Shown here: piece by piece, positions 1 to 29,402 of the stretch
How positions within the stretch are numbered: the first letter of the stretch is position 1
Layout of the letters: the number at the start of each line of letters is the position of its first letter
Origin: Octopus vulgaris
Lineage: Eukaryota
Reading direction: 5' to 3'
NCBI GenBank assembly: GCA_951406725.2
Contig: OX597838.1
Span: 30,380,001 to 30,444,000 of the forward strand
DNA length: 64,000 nt
The notes under the pieces: model-generated
The model's input: only the letters and a program-made list of their open reading frames with translations
Database searches by the model: none
What the model was told of the DNA's origin: nothing
Translations under genes and position numbers: made by a program

Positions 1-149
1 GTGTTACTTTCTCCGATGCAGCACAGAATTTTGCCAGTGAACTGGTCGCGGTTTCAAAGCGACGATAATATTTTGGCAAATTAAATATAAATGTTGTAGT
101 GAATCTAACCCGGAACCATGTGGCTGATAAGCAAGCTACTTACCACACA

Positions 150-400
150 CCCACTCCTACGCCTATGCTAATCTTCGGAGATGACAAGCTGCAACGTTTC
201 ACTCTCCGGCGGAAGGAGTCCAAAGAAAGGACCTTCATCGACGTAGCCATACCTGCAAACCGGAATGCTGTGAAGACAGGGAACGAGGAAATCGCAAGGC
301 ACCAAGACCTTACTTTGGAAGCGAAATGCATCTATAGAACCTGAAAAATGAGAGTGGTACCTGTTGTGATCGGTGCACTTGGGACCTTTATAAAGAACGT
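150..400 (+). mobile_element. R4/Dong-like non-LTR retrotransposon restriction-like endonuclease fragment
   Basis: TFIDVAIP...EEIARHQDL...RVVPVVIGALG across frames. Confidence 0.65.
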
Positions 401-812
401 CTTCACGTTCTGGGTTGAAATTCCGCCAAGGTCGACTCTGCCTTTCATCCTTTCGGGGTCGATGAGACAAGTATTTGCTGAACAGGGGGGGGGTCGATGT
501 AATCAACTAGCGCCCTCCTCACAAGCTTCAGGCCTTGTGCATTAGTGCAAACGGTATTTTAACATGAAAACCTGGAAATACCAAACTTTATACGAAGCAC
601 ACGGTTGCAGTACTTGGAACAGCATGTGTTGAGGAAAGTATTGCATCTCAAAGCTGCGGGATGGAGCTAAAACGTGACATAGGTGAATTAGAAGAAATGA
701 AAATCGAGAGAATGAACAGAGCAGTAATCTGTTGGGGCAGAGCCGGATAAAGAGCCATAGAGGCCCTGAGCACTTAAAAGATTTGGGTGCTCCCATAGGT
801 ATGAAATTCAAA

Positions 813-1410
813 GGCGGCGAGCTGGCAGAATCGTTAGCACGCCGGGCGAAATGCTTAGCGGTATTTCGTCTGCCGTTACGTTGTGAGTTCAAATTCCGTC
901 GAGGTCGACTTTGCCTTTCATCCTTTCGGGGTCGATAAATTAAGTACCAGTTACGCACCGGGGTCGATGTAATCGACTTAATACCTATGTCTGTCCTTGT
1001 TTGTCCCATCTATGTTTAGCCCCTTGTGGGTAATAAAGAAATAGGTATTTCGTTTGCGTTACGTTGTGAGTTCAAATTCCGCCGAGGTCGACTTTGCCTT
1101 TCATCCTTTCGGGGTCGATAAATTAAGTACCAGTTACGCACTGGGGTCGATGTAATCGACTTAATACCCATGTCTGTCCTTGTTTGTCCCCTCTGTGTTT
1201 AGCCCCTTGTGGGTAATAAAGAAATAGGTATTTCGTCTGCGTTACGCTGTGAGTTCAAATTCCGCCGAGGTCGACTTTGCCTTTCATCCTTTCGGGGTCG
1301 ATAAATTAAGTACCAGTTACGCACTGGGGTCGATGTAATCGACTTAATACCTATGTCTGTCCTTGTTTGTCCTCCCTGTGTTTAGCCCCTTGTGGGTAAT
1401 AAAGAAATAG
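813..1410 (+). mobile_element. SINE family A tandem array (head + 3 units of ~183 bp)
   Basis: tRNA-like head (A box tggcagaatcgtt, B box gagttcaaattcc); repeated unit ggtatttcg...aataaagaaata. Confidence 0.85.
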
Positions 1411-1769
1411 GTATTTATTTATCGATTCAAGTAACAACGGAAAATCGCACCGATGTAAGATTTTGGCGGGATTTTCACTCAGATGACAAAGGGGCGTAAC
1501 TCGAAAAATCCCATAAATCATTTCGGCCGAAATTCTATGGGAATCTATCACCAAAATGGAGAGGGGGTGGGGAGGGGTACGGTTTGGTGTTGGTGGTGGT
1601 GGTGGAGGTGGTCGGTGAAGAGTGGGTGTAGATATATAAAGACATCAGAAAGAAAAGAGCCTCCCCCCGCCCCGCACACCTACCTCCTTTTGTTTTTTTC
1701 CTGTTTACATCCTTATCCGCCTCTCTCTCTCTCTCTCTTTCTCTCTACTCTTCACCTCTATCTTTCTTT

Positions 1770-1800
<31 letters not shown>

Positions 1801-1869
1801 CATCTTCCCTCCTCTCTCATCCCTTCTCTCTCTCTGTCCTCTCACATCCTGTCCGCCTTTCTTCCTGTC

Positions 1870-1900
<31 letters not shown>

Positions 1901-1978
1901 GCCTCCCTTTTTTGCCCTCCTCTCTCCTTTTCTCTCCTCTTCTCTTTCTCTGCCTCCTCTCTTTAAGTTCTCCTCTCC

Positions 1979-2012
<34 letters not shown>

Positions 2013-2376
2013 TCCTCACTTCCTATTTCTCTCTCTCTCTTCCCTAGTTGTCCACTAACTCTGTCCACCGAAACATTAATATACATTATACCCAATTATC
2101 TAAACCATTTACCTCTCTCTCTCTCCTTCCATCTCTCCCTCCCTCCCTCTCTCCCTCACTCCCTCCCTCCATCTCTCTCTCCTTCTCTCATTTACGTCTC
2201 CGGCTTCGTTGCTTATTTATAAACTCACCAACTTCGCATTCTAATCGCTTCTTGTCTCAAACCAACTCCAACTGGTTGACTGCTTATGTTGGCTGTCGCC
2301 TGAGTTTCTTCAAAAGACCTCCAAGAAAGGGACGCGCAAGGTATTTTCTACGCTTTTCTTCTTCTTCTTCTTCTTC

Positions 2377-2451
<75 letters not shown>

Positions 2452-2464
2452 ATTATTATTATTC

Positions 2465-2608
2465 AGTAGTTTTATTTTTATTTTTATAGCGTGCTTTCAC
2501 TTCACTACCGAGCGCAGCTCTGTGTGCCTTGGGTATGTGCTGTGATTTGTTGTGATGCTCTGATGGTTATTGTATGGAAAGTGTTCTGCGTAGGATGTGT
2601 GCAGTGCC
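2465..2608 (-). mobile_element. Dong/R4-like 3' end within (TAA)n
   Basis: Reverse complement encodes GTAHILRRTLSI* then a 3' UTR; both flanks are (TAA)n. Confidence 0.65.
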
Positions 2609-2676
<68 letters not shown>

Positions 2677-2696
2677 CATCATCATCATCATCATCA

Positions 2697-2748
<52 letters not shown>

Positions 2749-3624
2749 TATTATTATTATTATCATTAATCAATTCTTCTTCTTCTTCTTCTTCTTCTTC
2801 TTCTTCTTCTTCTTCTTCTTCTTCGTCGTCGTCGTCGTCGTCGTCATCGACATCTTCCTCACCATCATCCTCACCATCATCATCATTATCATCATCATCG
2901 TTATCGTCGCCGTTCTCGTCGTCGTTGTCATCATCATCATCATCACCATCATCATCCTCATCGTCTTCGCTGTCATCGTCATCATTGCATCGTTTTGTTT
3001 TCCTGTTTTCTATTTCATTGATAGTACCCTATGTAACATAACCGTGCCGTACCCAGCAGTGCTACCTTCTGTTTGTCATACATATTTGTAAGCCCTGGGA
3101 CCGTTGTAATGTATTTACCTGCACGTCTTCTGATTAGTCGCCGCAAGACACCTATAATTAGAAATACTGTTTATGTTTACATGCCCCACATCCTGGTTAT
3201 CTTTATTTCCAGATTTTTAGGCTTCGATAATATCTTCATTGCTTAAATAGAAGAAAAAATATCTGTTTAAGCTGATACTGCATTTACAAGATACTTGTTT
3301 TGTTTGTGGTATTTGATTACGATATCTGGTCGATTAGCCTTGATCGCCAGCTAACAAAAATGAGTTGTAACTGTATTTCAAAGGGCAGGCCTTGTCACAC
3401 GCTGAATCTCATTTTGAACTACGTTAAGGGTACATGTGTCTGTGGAGTGCTCACCAACTTCCACGTTAATTTCACGAGCACGCTGTTCGGTCGATCGGAT
3501 CACCTGAAACCCGACGGACTACCACTGTCTTGTCTGAATATATTGACGTTACCCAAAGAATTATTGCTAGCCACGCTGTAACATCTTTTCTGTTCATATT
3601 CCATCATCAATATTGATTATAAAA

Positions 3625-4210
3625 GGCAGCAAGCTGGCAGAATCGTTAGCACACTGGACGAAATGCTTAGCGGAATTTCGTCTGCCGCTACGCTCTGAGT
3701 TCAAATTCCGCCGAGGTCGATTTTGCCTTTCATCCTTTCGGGGTCGATAAATTAAGTACCAGTTGCGCACTGGGGTCGATATAATCGACTTAATCCGTCT
3801 GTCTGTCCTTGTTTGTCTCCTCTGTGTTTAGCCCCTTGTGGGTAGTAAAGAAATAGATATTTCGTCTGTCTTTACGTTCTCTGAGTTCAAATTCCGCCGA
3901 GGTCGATTTTGCTTTTCATCTTTTCGGGGTCGATAAATTAAGTACCAGTTACGCACTGGGGTCGATATAATCGACTTAATCCGTCTGTCTGACCTTGTTT
4001 GTCTCCTCTGTGTTTAGCCCCTTGTGGGTAGTAAAGAAATAGGTATTTCGTCTGTGTTTACGTTCTCTGAATTCAAATTCCGCCGAGGTCGAATTTGCCT
4101 TTCATCTTTTCGGGGCCGATAAATTAAGTACCAGTTGCGTACTGGGGTCGGTCTAATCGACTGGTCCCCCTCCCCATAAATTTTGGGCCTTGTACCTTGA
4201 GTAGAAAAGA
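3625..4210 (+). mobile_element. SINE family A tandem array (2.5 units plus alternative tail)
   Basis: Same unit as 813-1410. Confidence 0.85.
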
Positions 4211-5047
4211 ATATCGATTATAACTTCCCATGCGTGAAAGACACATCTGTGTCATGCTTGTGGATGTGGTATTTATTGGCAAAGACAAGACTACCAGAGA
4301 TAGCATTGTTCAGATATGCTACGGTTAGTTTACTGCGTCGGTTTCATTACATGTTCTTCGTGGATTCTGATGAGGAGGCTTTAATCTCTTACCTCAGCCA
4401 AGGATTCTTCAGTTTCAGCTTTGTGTCTTGGAATACAGTGAACAAACATTCACTGATACTTCAAAATTTCCGCCGGGCTGTTATCCTATATCGGTGGCAA
4501 CTATATTCTTCTTGGAATGCAGCTGGCTGTGAGAACACGCAAATGACAATGCCCAGTCAGACAGAAAAGCGTTTAGCATTCTCACCAGCTGTTGCTAGGA
4601 CGATTTTCGTCGGCTTCTAATATATGTATTATATTTCTAAACACAGTACGTCCATATGGGATATCATCTTAAGACCAATATTGCAGTAAACTTGCTTTCT
4701 CGCAAGCTATTTACATTTAGTATGATACAAAAACGGCTATTTTAATCTAATAGTACTTCAGTTGCATATAACGGGGGCACAAGCTCATGTAGGTATGTGC
4801 GTGTGTATGTATGTATGTATGTATGTATGTATGTATGTATGTATGTATGTATGTATGTATGTATGTATGTATGTATGTATTTATTTATGTATGTATGTGT
4901 ATGTATGTATGTATGTATATATGTATGAATATATGTATGCATGCATGTATCTATTTGTCTGTCTGTCTGTATGTCTGTTTATCTATCTATATCTATATAT
5001 TTATGATACGCAAATATACACGTATACATACACGTATATATATATAC

Positions 5048-5102
<55 letters not shown>

Positions 5103-5123
5103 TATATACATACATATATATAC

Positions 5124-5204
<81 letters not shown>

Positions 5205-5499
5205 TGTAGGTATATATATCAGAATGGCACCTTGATTTCGATAGCCGCGAGTCGATCAAACCTTGAGAGTGGACTTGGTGAACGAAAACTGAAAGAAGCC
5301 TGCCGTCGTGCTTGCGTGCGTGTGAGTGTGTGTTTGTGTCTGTTCCTCACCACTTCAGAACCGGTGTTGGTTTGTTTAGGCCCATGCAACTTATGCTCCG
5401 GTATAAGAGGCTCAGTAATTCCGGTTGCGAGGTCGATTTGTTCGACAACAAAATCTTCGCAGTTGTGCCCCAGCTCGGCCGCAGTCCAATAACTGCAAG

Positions 5500-6185
5500 A
5501 AGGAGAACGCAAAACATATTTACATAGCATCGACCCCAAAATGGAAAAGGGCAACCGTAATCGCGAATACAATTTCTTAGTCATCGTTGATACTTTGTGA
5601 GAACAACAGGAATCATAGAAACAGTATGGAACGCTATCCGGTTCATTTTCGCTATAATTCAAAGATCTAGGCGTGTCAGAAACTATATCCTGCACGTTCT
5701 ACTTGAGAATTATTTCAAAGAATTACGAGTCTTTGGAATATCCATCCACTCATATGCTGATTCTAAGAAAAAATAACTCAGTAGATCGAAGAGCAGCCCA
5801 ACCCTCATCGCCGAAGACGACGGAGAACCACTGATACATATTTGTCGTGCATACGTGCTTACAAGCATATATACATGCGTACGTACAAGTTCAGGTTTGT
5901 ACCAGTAATTATTGGGGCACTGGGATATATAGCGCACAGCCTAAATACCCATCTTGAGAAATTAGGATTCGGAAAACCACCGAGGGAATTTCGGTCGAAG
6001 GAACTTGCAAATATAGATTTCAAATCTCTTCGAAGGTGTCCTGCAGAAGATAAAAAAGACGAGAAGTATCAATGTGAATATCTCCATTCCATAAATTAAG
6101 ACTTTAAGCTGATTCGAAGACTAAAGATCCAATCCATCACTGGAACTGTGAAAATCTGTAAAACTTTCCAGAAGTTTATCATTTA
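5500..6185 (+). mobile_element. Degenerate R4-like RLE retrotransposon 3' fragment
   Basis: YKFRFVPVIIGALGYIAHSLNTHLEKLGF; downstream LKIQSITGTVKICKTF. Confidence 0.55.
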
Positions 6186-6325
6186 AGTATATTTGAGTAT
6201 TTCTAGGCATGCAACTATATGGATATTATGAATGTTAGCGTGTTACTAAATTACTATATGCATAAGAAAGCATATATAAAACAAAACATACAACTCTGCA
6301 CGTATACATACATACATACATACAT

Positions 6326-6363
<38 letters not shown>

Positions 6364-6743
6364 GGACAGAGAGACATACAGACATACAGACATACAAAAA
6401 CACCCTGTTGCTGATGTCGAAACTCAAATAAAGGAGCCATGGATCTAGGTTAGAAACCGGTTCTTTCTCTATTGGCAAGAAGTCTTGAAATAGAACTGAA
6501 TAATGACATACATATATACGTACATACATGCATACATACATGCATACATAGATACATACATGCATATATACGTAGTACGAACATATGTGTAATGTAATGT
6601 AAGTATGTATATATACATACATATTTATATATATAACTGTATATACATATATATATATATATGTATATATGTATGCATATATCTATATATGTATGTATGT
6701 GTATGCCTAGTATATATATAACTGTATATATATGCACACCTAT

Positions 6744-6811
<68 letters not shown>

Positions 6812-6882
6812 ATATATTAATACAATTGTTCGTTTGTTTTCCACCTGCCTTCGTCTTTTGTTTATTTTCATAAAGCTTCCCG

Positions 6883-6921
<39 letters not shown>

Positions 6922-6965
6922 TATATGTGTGTGTGATTATATGTATATGTATGTATATATATATA

Positions 6966-7196
6966 AAGTTAATCCAAACATGAAAACACAAAGAGAAAAC
7001 ACAACAACGCGAGGACATGGAACAAAGGACATGGAACAAATATAGTATTATTGGACGCTCTCGAAGGAAGGGAAGAAGAAGGGCTTTACGTTTCGAGCGG
7101 AGCTCTTCGTCAGAAACATAGGAAACGGAAAGATCCAGAGAAGGAAAGACGGAGGAAAAAAAATCGCCAACGGTACACACGCGGTCACATTTTGAA
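6966..7196 (-). mobile_element. Penelope-like terminal fragment carrying a minimal hammerhead; paralogue at 51157-51363
   Basis: Near-identical sequence at two loci, both bounded by (TA)n. Related fragments at 28659-28860, 56400-56545 and 59975-60172. Confidence 0.65.
7083..7117 (-). ncRNA. Minimal Penelope-type hammerhead
   Basis: Reverse complement: GUUU-CUGACGA-A-GAGC-UCC-GCUC-GAAACGUA|AAGC. Confidence 0.65.
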
Positions 7197-7268
7197 TGTA
7201 TATATATATATATATATAATACGTTTCTAAATATCTCAGACAGATTTATGCAGTAGCAGCACGATAAC

Positions 7269-7580
7269 GTGATAGTATGTTGTCAACTTCATGTGATTGT
7301 CCCATGAAAGGGAAGAATGCTATTGTTATTTACCACCGTTTCCTGTTGGATTTGACAGCTAGCAAGCCATGCTACTCCAGACTGATGATGAGCAATGACT
7401 CTGAAACTAGTCTCTGGATTCTGGCTTTGCTAGGTGGAGGTGCTTGTCTCCACTTTGGAAACATAAGTACACAGGAAATGTCTCAAGTTCCAACAGGAAA
7501 CGGTGTTTCCTAGGGCTAAATAACAGTAGCATTCTTCCCTTTTATGGGACTGTCACATTAAGTTGACAACATACTATCAC
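7269..7580. mobile_element. Fold-back element with 64-bp inverted arms enclosing a hammerhead
   Basis: 7269-7332 is the reverse complement of 7517-7580 (5 mismatches); inner stem 7336-7350/7489-7503. Confidence 0.8.
7376..7418 (+). ncRNA. Type I hammerhead ribozyme (minimal stem III)
   Basis: UCCAGA-CUGAUGA-U-GAG(caauga)CUC-U-GAAAC-UA-GUC|UCUGGA; full core, 6-bp stem I. Confidence 0.8.
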
Positions 7581-7726
7581 AAAAAATGTCGTATCTTGAG
7601 TACGTGCCAACGATGATGTTTATACCACTAGCACCGCTTTTAATTCGTTATTGAGTATATGTACATGTGTGTGTGTATATGTATATATGTATGTATATAC
7701 ATATATATATATGTGTGTGTGTGTGT

Positions 7727-7788
<62 letters not shown>

Positions 7789-7796
7789 GTATGTAT

Positions 7797-8062
7797 ACAG
7801 CTCTTCAATATCCTCCCGAAGGACCTGAGAGACCTGCATGGGGTGGATGCAGATGCCTTTAAAATAAAACTGGATCTCTTCCTGTCAGGTGTCCCAGCTG
7901 AACCGACTTCACGGCAGGAGGTGCAGATGAGGGCAGCTGCATCGAATTCTCTCATGCACCAAATGGCAATTGCTAAAAAGCATTCGTGAAGTAAAATCAT
8001 GTAGCAATACCGAATGGCGGTGCCCCAGCATGGCCACAGCTCGTGAGCTGAAACTAGATAAA
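7797..8062 (+). mobile_element. CR1/L2-group LINE 3' end
   Basis: [11 protein letters not shown]...FKIKLDLFLSGVP plus a 3' UTR ending ggcggtgccccagcatggccacagc..gctgaaac. Confidence 0.7.
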
Positions 8063-8134
8063 CTATAAAAAAAATATAAATATAGATATGTATATGGGTG
8101 CATACACACACACACAAACACACACATATATATA

Positions 8135-8547
8135 CTCTTACTCTTTACTCTCTCTTTTACTTGTTTCAGTCATTTGACTGCGGCCATGCTGGAGCACCGC
8201 CTTTAGTCGAGCAAATCGACCCCGGGTCTTATTCTTTGTAAGCCCAGTACTTATTCTATCGGTCTCTTTTTGCCGAACCGCTAAGTGACGGGGACGTAAA
8301 CACACCAGCATCGGTTGTCAAGCAATGCTAGGGGGACAAACACAGACACTCAAACACACACACACACATATATATACATATATACGACAGGCTTCTTTCA
8401 GTTTCCGTCTACCAAACCCACTCACAAGGCATTGGTCGGCCCGGGGCTATAGTAGAAGACACTTGCCCAAGATGCCACGCAGTGGGACTGAACCCGGAAC
8501 CATGTGGTTGGTTAGCAAGCTACTTACCACACAGCCACTCCTGCGCC
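8135..8547 (-). mobile_element. SINE family B (tRNA-derived, internal TA/TG microsatellite, gagtaaaa-type tail)
   Basis: Reverse complement of the ggcgcaggagtggctgtgtgg...cttgggcaagtgtc...gactgaaacaagtaaaagag consensus. Confidence 0.85.
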
Positions 8548-8799
8548 TATATATATATTCTTTTTCTTCTCTGTGTTTCTCGCGTTTCGATGTATGTAGA
8601 CTATTGACGGGTTTCCAATTAACATAACGCCACATTCCTAATAAATTGTTGCAAAGACATTTGAAATGTACCCAATGTAATACAATCATGCAATTATGCC
8701 TTTGGTATCTTAATGAAACAGCTGTTGAGCACAATTAAAGTTTGAACTAAATGTGAATGATTTTCTATTCAGTTTTCTAATAAATAAATATTATTATAA

Positions 8800-8940
8800 G
8801 ATTGTCCCAAAAGTTCTTAGAAAGTCTTGGAAAATAATGGTCTTTATTTTGAGGAATAATTTTTGTTGTTTTTGTTAGTACTTGGCGAGTAAAAATTCAA
8901 TTTTCGCAAGTGTTTACGAACTTTTGGGACAACCTAATAT
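8800..8940. mobile_element. Mariner-type MITE relic
   Basis: ttgtcccaaaagttc / gaacttttgggacaacctaata inverted ends; similar relic at 21556-21758. Confidence 0.5.
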
Positions 8941-8993
8941 TAATACACACACACATCTATATATGTGTGTGTGTATGAGATGACGTATATGTA

Positions 8994-9067
<74 letters not shown>

Positions 9068-9081
9068 ATATGTATATGTAT

Positions 9082-9117
<36 letters not shown>

Positions 9118-9749
9118 TGACAAAAGAATAACCGATTATCTGATGAAGTCCATTAAGATAATCGGTTATTCCTTTGTCATCCATTTTCCTATAACTGTTC
9201 AGTACTTGACACGAACGCATCGTTCGGAAGCAAACGTAGATTGAGTTCTATGTCATGATATTAGTATCAAGAAGAAGAAGAAGAAGAAGAAGAAGAAGAA
9301 GAAGAAGAAGAAGAAGAAGAAGAAGAAGAAGAAGAAGAAGAAGAAGAACAACAACAACAACAACAACAACAGCAACGACAGCTATAACTACATGCTCATT
9401 CATGATCGAAGAGGGTCATTACCTTTTTTACACAGTTTAACCCTTCAGTGTTTAAACCGACCATATCTGACCCAAATATCCAAACCCTTACATTCAAACC
9501 GGCCAGGGCCAACCTCTTACACCAACCCTGCAATGCCGTTTCAAAAGATAAGCAAATACGTCACTGAAATCTCGAAGCTACGAGATGATGGCAGGATTAA
9601 TCCAACCAATAATGGGAATAAATAAACATTAGATTTCTCAAAGGTTTAACCTACACAAGTTAATGCGTGGAAAACAAAATAAGGGTTTTGAGAGAAGTAT
9701 CTATAAAATTAGTTTTGAATCATGGAATGGCTACGGGGAGGGGGTCGAC

Positions 9750-9998
9750 CAGAATAAAAAGTAATCAAAGGAGTCCACCAGAATAAAATAGTAAGAAAAG
9801 GGGTCCACTAGAATAAAATAGTAAGAAAAGGGGTCCACTAGAATAAAATAGTAAGAAAAGGGGTTCACTAGAATAAAATAGTAAGAAAAGGGGTCCACTA
9901 GAATAAAATAGTAAGAAAAGGGGTCCTCCAGAATAAAAAAAAAACAGAATGAAAGGGGTCCATCAGAATAAAAAAAGGAATCAAAGGGGTCCACCAGA
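9750..9998 (+). repeat. 30-bp minisatellite (gaataaaatagtaagaaaaggggtccacta), ~7 copies, near a hAT-like MITE end
   Basis: Direct periodicity of 30; followed by aaaatggttgagaaccac. Confidence 0.85.
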
Positions 9999-10092
9999 AT
10001 TTTAAAAATGGTTGAGAACCACCGGTCTAAATAAAAGACGGAATAGTCATGGCAGAAACGTTTTTAATTGCAGGTAGGTTTTTTTGCAGGTA

Positions 10093-10509
10093 GGCGGCGA
10101 GCTGGCAGAATCGTTAGCACGTCGGGCGAAATGCTTAGCGGTATTTCGTCTGGCACTACGTTCTGAGTTCAAATTCCGCCGAGGTCGACTTTGCCTTTCA
10201 TCCTTTCGGGGTCGATAAATTAAGTACCAGTTACGCACTGGGGGTCGATACAATCGACTTAATACCTATGTCTGTCCTTGTTTGTCCCCTCTATGTTTAG
10301 CCCCTTGTGGGTAATAAAGAAATAGGTATTTCGTCTGGCACTACGTTTTGAGTTCAAATTCCGCCGAGGTCAACTTTGCCTTTCATCCTTTCGGGGTCGA
10401 TAAATTAAGTACCAGTTACGCACTGGGGTCGGTGTAATCGACTTAATACCTATGTCTGTCCTTGTTTGTCCCTTCTGTGTTTAGCCCCTTGTGGGTAGTA
10501 AAGAAATAG
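10093..10509 (+). mobile_element. SINE family A dimer
   Basis: Two units; flanking aggtaggttttt(tt)gc direct repeat (probable TSD). Confidence 0.85.
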
Positions 10510-10635
10510 GTAGGTTTTTGCTTGGTCAGAGCTGACCAGGGGCTAAGCAACAACAACAGCAACAACAATAACAAGTAACATATTTGTATATTCATTTCTC
10601 TATTCAGTTAATTAAATTACATCGCGGTCTCAAAT

Positions 10636-27311
<16,676 letters not shown>

Positions 27312-27413
27312 ATGGTGGTTGTAGTTGTGGTGGTGGGGAGGGTGGGGGTATGGTGTGTGTGGGGGTGGGGGGAATGGTGAGGTTGGTGAAAAAAATGATG
27401 TTGGTAACGTTGG

Positions 27414-27444
<31 letters not shown>

Positions 27445-27580
27445 GGTTGTTGGTGGTGGTGGTGGTGGTGGAGTTGGACGTGGTGATGGCAGTTAGCGAC
27501 GATGAAAGATGGCGACGATACTGGTTTTAGTGATTGGCGTGATGACAACGGACAACGACGACGACGACGATGACGATGAC

Positions 27581-27657
<77 letters not shown>

Positions 27658-28225
27658 CGACGACGACGACGACGGTGATGATGGTGATGATGATGATGAT
27701 GATAGCGACGATGATGATGATAGCGATGATGAGGAGGAGGAAGAGGAGGAGGAAGAGGAGGAGGGGGAAGATGGGAGGCGGGATGAAGCAGAAGAGGAGG
27801 GTAGTCATTGAGTTACGAACCAGCTTCCTCGGTGTAATTTTATCTTTGAAAATAAAAGAACTTAGTCACATGACATATAAGTAATAACTTCTTTCTCTCT
27901 TTCTTTTTATTTTTAATCGTTACAAGGACCGAAAACTTCGTTGTGGGATTAAAGTTTTGAACAGAAAGGAAAACAAAACAAACATTAGAAGTCATTGATA
28001 AATAATCAATAATTGTTTCTGAGACACAGAGTCACAAAATGGTGGAGGGGAGCAGTTGATCAAATCGATACCTTGACTAGTATTTTATTTTATCGATCCC
28101 CGAGGGGATGAAAAGCAAAGTCACCCTCGGCTGAATTTGAACTCAGAACGTAAAGACGGACGAAATGCCGCCAAGCATTTTGTCCGGCGTGCTTAACGAA
28201 TCCGCCTGCTCGCCGCTTTAATAAC

Positions 28226-28286
<61 letters not shown>

Positions 28287-28595
28287 TCTGTCTGTGGTCT
28301 TTGTTGTGACCTGATAATCCGTCCTCCTCGGAAATATAAATCTCTGTTAGTTTCGCTTCATATGTTATCATAATTGCTATCACAATCAAAAGATGCTATC
28401 GATTCATATATATACCACAAAAGACATTGTAGAATTCTGCCCTTCCCTAATCAACTCTTTCTGACAAAGAAGCCCTAGTTTCTGTAACAGAATCCCATCA
28501 TTTAACGACGCATTCATTAAAGTATTTATACACGGTAGAAAAGTATCTTCTCTTTTCCTTTTTTTTTTTCATGACTCATTCTACATTAAACATAA

Positions 28596-28661
<66 letters not shown>

Positions 28662-29402
28662 AGAATTCACGAAAAAAACAAAGGACGAAGACAGGTAGTG
28701 TAGAAAACAAACAGATGCATTAGTATAACGCTCGGGAATTGAAAAAGTCTTTAACGTTTTGAACCTACGCTCTTCCACAGAAAGGAACACAGAAAGAAAC
28801 AAGGAGAGAAACAGGGAGAGAAAAAAATGTGTGTACCGGCGACCGATCTATCATGGCGAATGATATATATATATATATATATATCGCAGTAAGCACGTAA
28901 CTGTGAAACAAGGTGGAAAAAAGAGCACTCAAATAGCAGAGGTAGAATAATATGCCTTATTTAAAAGCAGCAGTAATATCGCAAAAACTGTTTCTCAGAG
29001 TTTCACGTTCCCGTTTGTCGGACAGTTTGGTTAGAATGGAATGGAAATGACGATATAATCAAGTATAAAACTACTTTAAAGGGTAGATCTTTGAAAATGG
29101 CTTTGTTTCGTTGATTCTTTCAGATAACGGTATGCAATGAACAAAATAAATTCAGTATAAATTCCTCTTGTTGTAAAATCGAAGGAAACCTTAAATCGAA
29201 GCACAGATTCCAAATACATCTGGTAAATAATTCTATATACAAAATAGAAATCAATTCATACATTAAAATTAATATAAAAAATTTTCACGCTGTATTACAT
29301 AAATATTTTTTCAGCAGCATATACGCATACAAAACTGTCCGACGAACGGGAACGTGAAACTCTGAATAAGTTTTTGTGATATTTCTGCTGGTTTTAAATA
29401 AA

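Noticed and set aside
2215-2340. Possible TATA box plus 5' UTR exon of the VWA gene (CAAG|gtattt)
   Set aside because: Weak donor, 8 kb from the next exon and no independent support.
4360-4400. Other CTGATGA matches (4367, 9140, 20777, 43711, 52337)
   Set aside because: No properly placed stem II + GAAA + NUH, so these are not hammerheads.
4742-5259. Numerous YI/MYVC/HT/CV-repeat ORFs throughout the track
   Set aside because: Translations of (TA)n, (TATG)n and (CA)n microsatellites.
27509-27811. Poly-Asp/Glu ORF just downstream of the VWA gene (aspein-like appearance)
   Set aside because: Pure (GAT/GAC/GAG)n microsatellite with no splice or signal support; the other frames give poly-Met and poly-Ile equally well.
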